Positions 55,543 to 64,000 of a DNA stretch of 64,000 nt are shown in pieces. The DNA is from Octopus sinensis (lineage: Eukaryota), in the NCBI RefSeq assembly GCF_006345805.1, contig NW_021834004.1:1026-65025 (forward strand). The letters are read 5' to 3'. Numbering within the stretch: position 1 is the stretch's first letter; each line of letters begins with the position of its first letter. The position numbers and the translations under genes are program-made. Below the pieces are notes generated by a model that was given only the letters and a program-made list of their open reading frames with translations, did no database searches and was not told the DNA's origin.

Positions 55543-55763
55543 CTCTTACTCTCTTTACTCTCTTACTTGTTTCAGTCATTTGACTGCGGCCATGCTGGAG
55601 CACTGCCTTTAATCGAGCAACTCGACCCCGGGACTTATTCTTTTGTAAGCCCAGTACTTATACTATTATTTTTGCCGAATCGCTAAGTAACGGGGACATA
55701 AACACACCAGCATCGGTTGTCAAGCAATGCTAGGGGACAAACACAGACACACAAACACACACA

Positions 55764-55822
<59 letters not shown>

Positions 55823-56068
55823 GTATACATATAGGCTTGTGAGTGGATTGGTAGGCTTGTGAGACGGAAACTGAAAGAAGCCCGTCGTATATATACATAT
55901 ATACGACGGGCTTCTTTCAGTTTCCGTCTACCAAATCCACTCACAAGCCTTTGGTCGGCCCGAGGCTATAGTAGAAGACACTTACCCAAGGTGCCACGCA
56001 GTGGGACTGAACCTGGAACCATGTGGTTGGTAGACAAGCTACTTACCACACAGCCACTCCTGCGCCTA
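55543..56068 (-). mobile_element. SINE family A with an internal inverted duplication
   Basis: Family A layout; hairpin at 55833-55950. Confidence 0.88.
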
Positions 56069-56200
56069 TGTGCACAAACATTTGATCACTATAAACAAAT
56101 CAAATGTGTGGATGTTCGATAAGAAATTGTTGAACCCTCATGCGTCGTCTAACGACGGGAGAGTCCACTGTGTATATATAAACGAATAGATAGAGATAAG

Positions 56201-56289
<89 letters not shown>

Positions 56290-56294
<5 letters not shown>

Positions 56295-56700
56295 GATGTG
56301 TGTGTGTGTAATCTACAGATGAGATTAGTAGTGCAGCTCTCAATATTATTCTGTAAGGATATGATTAATAGTGTATATAACAACACGGTAAAAATAAACT
56401 CTCTGAAGAAGAGACGAATATTTTTAGCTATAATCATATACTCTACAGTTTACGCTAATAGTGCAGATATATAAACATCGTAAATAGATCTACACTGTAT
56501 AGATATCGTTAATATTGTAGCGATTAGCCACATATGTAATACGTATATAGCGTAAACTTATGCACCCAATAGGTATCTTATACACATGCGGTTAATATTG
56601 AAGCCGTAAATACTGTAACTATAGCCTATAGATGTGATTAATAGAGCAGATATAAAAATACGTTAATGTTAATACTTTACATAAAAATACTATAAATATA
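56290..56700 (+). repeat. Degenerate ~48-bp AT-rich minisatellite
   Basis: Recurrent TATAGAT.TG.TTAATA.TG.AGATATAAA.A...TAAATA.AC.C units; also at 53690-53850 and 58810-59040. Confidence 0.7.
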
Positions 56701-56732
56701 GAGTGAAATATGAGTGAGTAAGTTTGGGTATT

Positions 56733-56963
56733 CTTTTTTTTTTTTTTTTTTTTTTTTTACTTGTTTCAGTCATTTGACTACGGCCATGCTGGAGCACCGC
56801 CTTTAGTCGAGCAAATCGACCCCATGATTTATTTTTTTGTAAGCCTTGTACTTATTCTATCGGCGGCGTCCCTTGCCGAACCGCTAAGTTACGGGGACGT
56901 AAACACACCAGCGTCGGTTGTCAAGAGATGTTGGGGTGACAAACACAGACACACAAACACACA

Positions 56964-57038
<75 letters not shown>

Positions 57039-57274
57039 TATATATGGCAAGAAGAAAATGGAGGGAATCCGGAGGTAGTATTCTTCAGCTGTTAGACACT
57101 ATATTAGGTCTATTTATTTATTTAAAACAGTCCTGATAACATATATACATGTGTAAAGTAACAGTAATTTTTCAACACGTGTATTAATTGGATATTCTAC
57201 CAGTAGTATATGGGATAGATGCTATCCCTTAGTTGGTTGGATTCACAACCTGTAACTCTCTTTGAATTAAAGTG

Positions 57275-57312
<38 letters not shown>

Positions 57313-57688
57313 TGTATGTATATATATATTAAAGTGTATGTATATATATATAATGTTGGTATATATATATACACACACACAACGGGCTTCTTTCAGTTTC
57401 TGTCTACCATATCCACTCACAAGGCTATGGTCGGCCCGAGACTATAGTAGAAGACACTTGCCCAAGGTGCCACGCAGTGGGACTGAACCCGGAACCATGT
57501 GGTTGGTGAGCAAGCTACTTTATTTCAAAATTTTGCCATAAAGGCATGACACAGAGTAGCTTGAGGGCTGGACAAAAACATTGATGAGATGAATGAGGAA
57601 AAAGGATGATATTGATGTGAAAAGACAAAAAATTCCCCCCGATTTTTTACTTCTCTAATCTACTTTATCACACAGCCACTCCTGTATC
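56733..57688 (-). mobile_element. SINE family A with poly(A) tail and two nested insertions
   Basis: T-run at ~56733-56758; foreign segment at ~57040-57270 in the internal microsatellite; 136-bp insert at 57524-57659 with TSD CTACTTTAT. Confidence 0.85.
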
Positions 57689-57932
57689 TTAAACAAACAG
57701 ATGTATCAAGCGTTGCCCGCGTTCGATACAGAAGATAAACAGAATGGCAGGGTAAATTACTTTAAAAAAAGGTGCTAACAATATTCGGCTTGTCCAGGAA
57801 TGTTGATTCGCTTTAGATCTGTTACATAAAAAGCCATCCAAAAGGTGGCTCATGTTGTGCTTCATAAATATTCCACCACCACCACCACCAACAACAACAA
57901 AAACAACAGCACCACAACCAACCGCCACCAAA

Positions 57933-58482
57933 TCTATATATATAAAAGTGAAGTTGTGTGAGTGTCTGTCTCCTACGATTTAGATTCCTAACTACTCCCA
58001 CATTTTGCGGTGCCGTTAAACCAAAACTGGGTATCTTATAGTCATGATTCATATCGAGCCCTTCTGGGTATTAGCGCGCGTCTACGATGAGTCTACGATT
58101 TTAAAAATAATTTACCATAATTTTTTTCCATTTTAAAGCATATTTTTGGGGGTTCTTCCAATTTTTTCGTGAGTCGATGGCGGCGGAGTTGGCGTCCATG
58201 CTCACACCTGCACCTGTGTTGCTTCTCCCCCTTCTTCCCTCCCTCGTGAAGCTGTGGGGAAGGGAGTGTAAGGAAATCAACGTCGTAGAGCGTTGTCAAG
58301 GAGACCAGCATTCTTTTAGAACAACGACTTCATGGCTTGAAGATACTGAGTCAACGATTTAAAAAAAAAATTACCATCATTTTTTATTCCATTTTTCATG
58401 CATTTTTTTGCTATAACTCTCTAAAAATGCTTATATAGTTATTTCCCTTACAAACCCGAGCAACGCCGGGCGATACTGCTAG
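57933..58482 (+). mobile_element. Non-autonomous Helitron (same family as 7114-7499, with an extra GC-richer ~200-bp segment)
   Basis: A|TC start, CTAG|T end, same hairpin. Confidence 0.88.
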
Positions 58483-58809
58483 TATGAAATAAAACAAATA
58501 TTGAAAGGAAGGTGAACCGCTCTGACACATTTATTTCCAAGAGAAATATGTTGTCCCTTTCCAAAATATTATACAAATTTATATAATTACTATAAAAATA
58601 GATGATTTTTCTAATGAGAAAATTTTCCATTATAATCGTAGTGCTTGCGGGCAAACAATATTCAGAGTCTTTCTGTGAACAGTCAGAAAGAATACATTTT
58701 GGCAAAAGTTGTAGCATCAGCAAATACAACCGTGGCCTAATAGTTTAAACGAACAAACATACATACATACATACAGACAGACAGACATTCACTTTATTTA
58801 CTAAGTTAT

Positions 58810-59040
58810 AAACTGCAAAGAGGCGGTTAATATTGTAGGAATTAAATATTGTAAATATTTACTTTATAGATGTGGCTAATAGTGTGCATATAAATATAGT
58901 AAATATACACTCTATAGATGTGGTTAACTGTGCAGATATAAATTTTGTAAATATTTAGTTTATAGATATTTAATAGCGTAGATATAAATATTGCAAATAT
59001 ACACACTATAGATGAGGTTAATGTAGATATAAATATTGAA
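58810..59040 (+). repeat. ~48-bp minisatellite, about 5 units
   Basis: Example unit AATAGTGTGCATATAAATATAGTAAATATACACTCTATAGATGTGGTT. Confidence 0.8.
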
Positions 59041-59789
59041 AACGTACGCCCCAAAGATGAAGTTATTAATCCAGACTATTATACTCTTGACAATTAGTGA
59101 TTTTTTCTCTCACATTTCGATTTGTACCAATCGACTCGGTGTTGACTATTATTGGTTGGTATGATTATTGAGTACCATGTTGTTGTTGTTGTTGTTTGAA
59201 GTGGTAATTGCTACGTCACATTGAATAAAAACGTTAATTCATAATAATGTTTTCGACTTCAAATTATATATCAATTTAAAAGGCTAAACTATAGAAATTC
59301 ATATTCTGGTTATAAGTATTGATACGTATAAACCATTGATTCACTAATTACTTCATTACTTTCTGTATTTTAAGTCATTGTGAAGGTGCATCTTATTGGT
59401 TATAGTTGTTTGTCTCGCTATCACGAATCATAGGCTTCACTTCCAGGAACAGAGCGTCAGAAGCGTATTTCAGTGTGCTTAACTCAAGTCTGCTCGCGAA
59501 AGCGTATGGCCCAGTGGTTGGCTCACTGCACTTGCGATCAAGCTATCATGGGTTTTTTATTTCACGTTGCTCCTCCACCCCATTCAGCTGCAAATAGGTT
59601 CCGGAAATAGTTGACCCCCGCGACGGACCGGGGTGCTGCAACTTCAGTCACTCATACGCCCCGAAAACCGGATTAAACCCCGATCGTATACGTCCTAAAT
59701 GTCATGGCAGACCTGACCGAGCGAGTCTATTTGGTTTTTATGGAAACCAGGCCTCTCTCTCTCTCTACAGCTGTGAATCCACAACACCC

Positions 59790-60302
59790 AGAAAGGAGGA
59801 GGAAGACGAGGAGGAGGAGGAGAAGGAGAAGGAGGAGGGGAAGACGACGACGAGGAGGAGGAGGAGGAGGAGGAGGAGGAAGAGGAGGAAGACGACGAGG
59901 AGGAGGAGGAAGATGACGAGGAAGACGAGGAGGAGGAGGAAAACGACGAGGAGGAGGAGGAAAACGACGAGGAGGAGGAGGAAAACGACGAGGAGGAGGA
60001 GGAAGACGACGAGGAGGAGGAGGAAGACGACGAGGAGGAGGAGGAAGACGAACGAAGAGGAGGAGGAAAACGACGTGGAGGAGGAGGAAGAGGAGGAGGA
60101 AGAGGAGGGGGAGGAGGGGGGGAGAAAGACGAGGAGGAGGATGAAGACGAGGAGGAGGAGGAAGACGAGGGGGAGGAGGAGGAGGAAGACGAGGGGGGAG
60201 GAGGAGGAAGAGGAAGAGGGGGGATGAAGATGAGGAGGAGGAGGGAGACGAGGAAGACGAGGAGGAGGAGGAAGAGGAGGACGAGGTCGAGAAGGAGGAG
60301 AG
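59790..60302. repeat. Purine-rich (GAG/GAC/GAA) low-complexity tract with 21-bp periodicity
   Basis: GACGAGGAGGAGGAGGAARAC units repeated. Confidence 0.9.
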
Positions 60303-60690
60303 CGTGTCCGTCTAATCATGACTGCGGACAGAAGTACCTGAAACAGTCAACGAAGACATGATACGTATTACCGAGACACGTGTTCGCTATTTACTGTTTC
60401 TATTTGAACCAAAAATACACCGCGGATAAACAAACCTTCAGCAACTGCGATGTTTGGTCGGTGACTGTGCAGAAGCTCCCACATTAGATCGGTGCTACTT
60501 AAGAAAGGCTCATTCAAATTACAACAGCTGTAACATGCCAGATATGCGAGGTATAACAATCAAACTTGGTTAGGAGCCTTAAGATATAAACGCAGGAACC
60601 AGGTGCATAATATTAAACTGTTATACATACACACGCATACATTCTTACTCTCATGTACGCATATACACATGCGCCAATTCACGCTCACAC

Positions 60691-60741
<51 letters not shown>

Positions 60742-61095
60742 CATACGCACAAATGTACACACACAAGCACACACTCATATTGTGTATGTATTTATTGTAT
60801 ATATATATATATATATATATGTTTCGACAGCCATTTGTGAATATTTCTGTCAGATTGGAATCTGCCATGTCGATGGTGTGGATATGACTTAAAGAAATGA
60901 GAAAGTTAAAATCTAACGCACGACCCGTAACATTGTTTGGTCGTCTTTCATTCAGGGATTGCTAAGTTTTCTTCCAAACACGCCCGACGTCCCCAATACG
61001 CAGGCGCGCGTTGTGTACTTCTTAAATCTATCTTTCTGTTTATATAAGTGTGTGTGTATGTGCGTGTGTGTGTGTGGTGGTGGGGGAGATAGATT

Positions 61096-61148
<53 letters not shown>

Positions 61149-61376
61149 GCAGATAGATGGATGGATGCACAGGTGGATGGATGGATGAATGTATAGAGAG
61201 GCACACACACACACGCATATACATGCGTGTGTGTGTGTGTTCGCAAGCGAACATGTTTAAATGAATGCATGTATTGATAGATGAATGAATGGGCGGATGA
61301 AATATATCTCTGGTTGTGTATTTATATATTTACATATATACATATATACATGCATGTATGTGCTCGTGGGTATGTG

Positions 61377-61412
<36 letters not shown>

Positions 61413-62573
61413 ATTATACACACAAAGAAAGTGAAAAGGAGAAAAGCAGGGAAATTGGAGGCAGATAAGTTAGAGAGGCAGTTTAATCAGATAGAAAAAA
61501 CATTTTGATTGTTGCATTTTGGGGGTAAAAATACATAAACTAAAAATATATAAGCGAACTACGATGAAGCTGCTCTTTAGGCACGTGAGAAGTGTGATAA
61601 TGTTTAGACACGTGACAAATGTGTTAATGTTTATATCTAATCAATGTATATATGGGTAATTTCAAAACCACACATCTCTGTAGTTGTCGATCTAAACCGG
61701 ATTTTGCCAAGATATATATTTGTAAACAAAACTGAAACATTTTTAGAGATTCCGCAACTGCTATATCTATTTTAATGTTAGTTTAAGTTTCACATGAAGC
61801 ATGTTGTTGATGAGGGATTAGATCTGGATGTGGTCGGGGTGGCGGGTGTGAGGGTGATAATGGGCGAGTTAGTCACTCTGTAGAATGGGATCTATGCCTA
61901 GCCGGGTGTGTATAGGTATGGATGTGTCTATATGTGTCTATATATGAGTGTCTAGGTCTATATATATATATATATATATATATCTGTGTGTATGATGCTG
62001 TTGGTGTGTGCGTGTGTGTGTGTGCGTGTGTGCGTGTGTGTGTGTGTGTGTGTGTGCGTGTGTGTGTGTGTGTGCGTGCGTGTGTGTGTGTGTGTGTGTG
62101 CGTGTGCGTGTGTCTGTGTGTGTGTGTGTGTGTGTGTGTCTGTCTGTGTGTGTGTGTGTGTGTGTGTGTGGTCGTGTGTTCAGAAACCGAAAAAATATGT
62201 AAGAGCACGCGGGAAGACAAACCATTTTTAAAACTGCGGAAATAGAAATGGAATGAGAGAGGGAAGGACAGTGTTGTGAGAGTAAACTGAGAAGAGGGGT
62301 TGAAGACAATGTTTAACGTTATTGTTATGGAGCGAGACGAGGAAAAAAACACACAAGACAAGAACTGGGCCGTGCTGTAATGCACTGAGTGAACTACCAA
62401 ATGACCCTTTGTATCATGAGACGAAATAGAGAGAGAGCAGCCGACACGCTATAACGGGAAGAAATGGAAAACGCAGAGGGTACCCCCAGAACCCAGGAAA
62501 CTAAATGGGAAAGAAGGCGTTAAACTGACAGATTTGTGAGAGTGTCGGTTAAAACTGCCTCGCGGTATTTGTT

Positions 62574-63331
62574 CTGAGTTCAAATTCCGCCGAGGTCGAC
62601 TTTGCCTTTCCTCCTTTCGGGGTCGATTAAATAAGTACCAGTTACGCACTGGGATCGATATAATCGACTTAATCCGTGTGTCTGTCTTTGTTTGTCCCCT
62701 CTGTGTTTAGCCCCTTGTGGGTAGTAAAGAAATATATATTGTCACGCATGGACAGTTGATATTCAAGGCGCAGATCTGCATGACTATGTGTGTGTCTGTG
62801 TGTCTGTGTGTGTGTGTGTCTGTGTTTCTATAGAAGACCTTTATATGTCCTTCTTATCTTCATGGTATCAAATATCGCCGAAGATAACTTTGCCATCATG
62901 AAACACCAGTCTAGAAGGAAGAACGGGAGGAACTGTTAGATCGTCGACCGAAATACCTTGCGCTGTTTGTTCTAACTCTACATTTTGAGTTCTCCTACGA
63001 CAATCTAGAGCTTCGGGTCTTTGCTTTCCTTAAATATTTGATACAGTGAAGATAGGAAGGACATATAAAGGTCTTCTATAGAAACACACACACACACACA
63101 GACATACAGACACACACATAGTCATGCAGATCTACGCCTTGAATATCAACTGTCCATGCGTGACGATATATATTTCTTTACTACCCACAAGGGGCTAAAC
63201 ACAGAGGGGACAAACAAGGACAGACAAACGGATTAAGTCGATTATATCGATCCCAGTGCGTAACTGGTACTTATTTAATCGACCCCGAAAGGATGAAAGG
63301 CAAAGTCGACCTCGGCGGAATTTGAACTCAG
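62574..63331. repeat. ~300-bp inverted duplication (SINE-B 3' part plus unique flank) with a 158-bp spacer
   Basis: 62574-62875 is the reverse complement of 63034-63331 with few mismatches. Confidence 0.92.
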
Positions 63332-63409
63332 TACGTAGCGGCAGACGAAATACCGTTTAGCATTTTGTCCAGCACGCTAACGTTTCTGCCAGCTCGCCAC
63401 CTTTAATAA
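63171..63409 (-). mobile_element. SINE family B, full length
   Basis: TSD GTGAC(G/A)ATATA at 63160-63170 and 63410-63420. Confidence 0.9.
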
Positions 63410-64000
63410 GTGACAATATAGTAAGCCCTGAACGACAGAAGCTTTAGAAACGGGAAAAATGCAGACGACAAATCACGTGACAAACTTATCAACTAAGAGC
63501 AGAAAAATCAATAAGACAACAAAATATGAAGTTTTTCAATGTTTTGCTAACCCGAACGAAGCTCAATAAGATGAATATTTTTTATCTATATTCCGATTAG
63601 TAGAATAGATAGAGCATCGGAGAAAAACGCAAGCTGCATTCTTGTTACGGTCCTCACTCTGTGTTCTAATTTCAAATTCTGCGGCGATTGACGCCGCTGT
63701 TTATTATCATTGTGTGATCAATGAAATAAAATACCAGTGAAATGCTAGGTTATAATCAAGTCATCTATTCAACCTGCCCGCATTTGTGCTGTTGAGAAAT
63801 GAATATTTAGATTTCATTGGCCCCCTATTCTTGGGTCCGTACACTGCCCAAGTCTATTCTCTGACTAGAAATCTTTTATGTCTAAACTAACGATAGGAAT
63901 CTGATACAATGAGTCACTGATGCATATTGTTGTTATGATTGGAGTATTGGTGTGTTTGTGGGGGTGGTTGCAGTAGTGGTAGTAGTACGATGGTGATGAT

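Noticed and set aside
58810-59040. Regularly spaced repeats resembling a CRISPR array
   Set aside because: Units are contiguous and degenerate with no unique spacers, the context is eukaryotic, and there are no cas genes.
59765-60340. 184-aa minus-strand ORF preceded by TTTCAG, or an acidic protein on the + strand
   Set aside because: Entirely low-complexity purine repeat with frame slips.

Overview
AT-rich eukaryotic (animal) DNA saturated with microsatellites. The SINE and LINE repertoire and the microsatellite density resemble an octopus (coleoid cephalopod) genome; this is an inference. No host protein-coding exon, rRNA, true tRNA gene or CRISPR array could be supported, and nearly all listed ORFs are translations of simple repeats. 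The window contains three young tRNA-headed SINE families (called A, B and C here) and remnants of hAT, Mutator, mariner (DD41D and DD34D-type), Helitron, RTE, Penelope-like and Merlin-like elements. The main signal is a set of non-LTR retrotransposons sitting inside microsatellites. Three Tx1-clade LINEs are stacked head-to-tail in one (GATA)n array (8.1-14.8 kb). A sister Tx1 and two R4/Dong-type fragments share one (ATT/TAA)n array (20.4-22.6 kb), and another R4-type element lies in a (CATA)n region. The abundant SINE-B carries the same ~45-nt structured 3' end as the GATA-associated Tx1 LINE, which suggests a Tx1-driven SINE. Several fold-back or inverted duplications, degenerate hammerhead-like motifs and a strand bias of GATA arrays are also visible.
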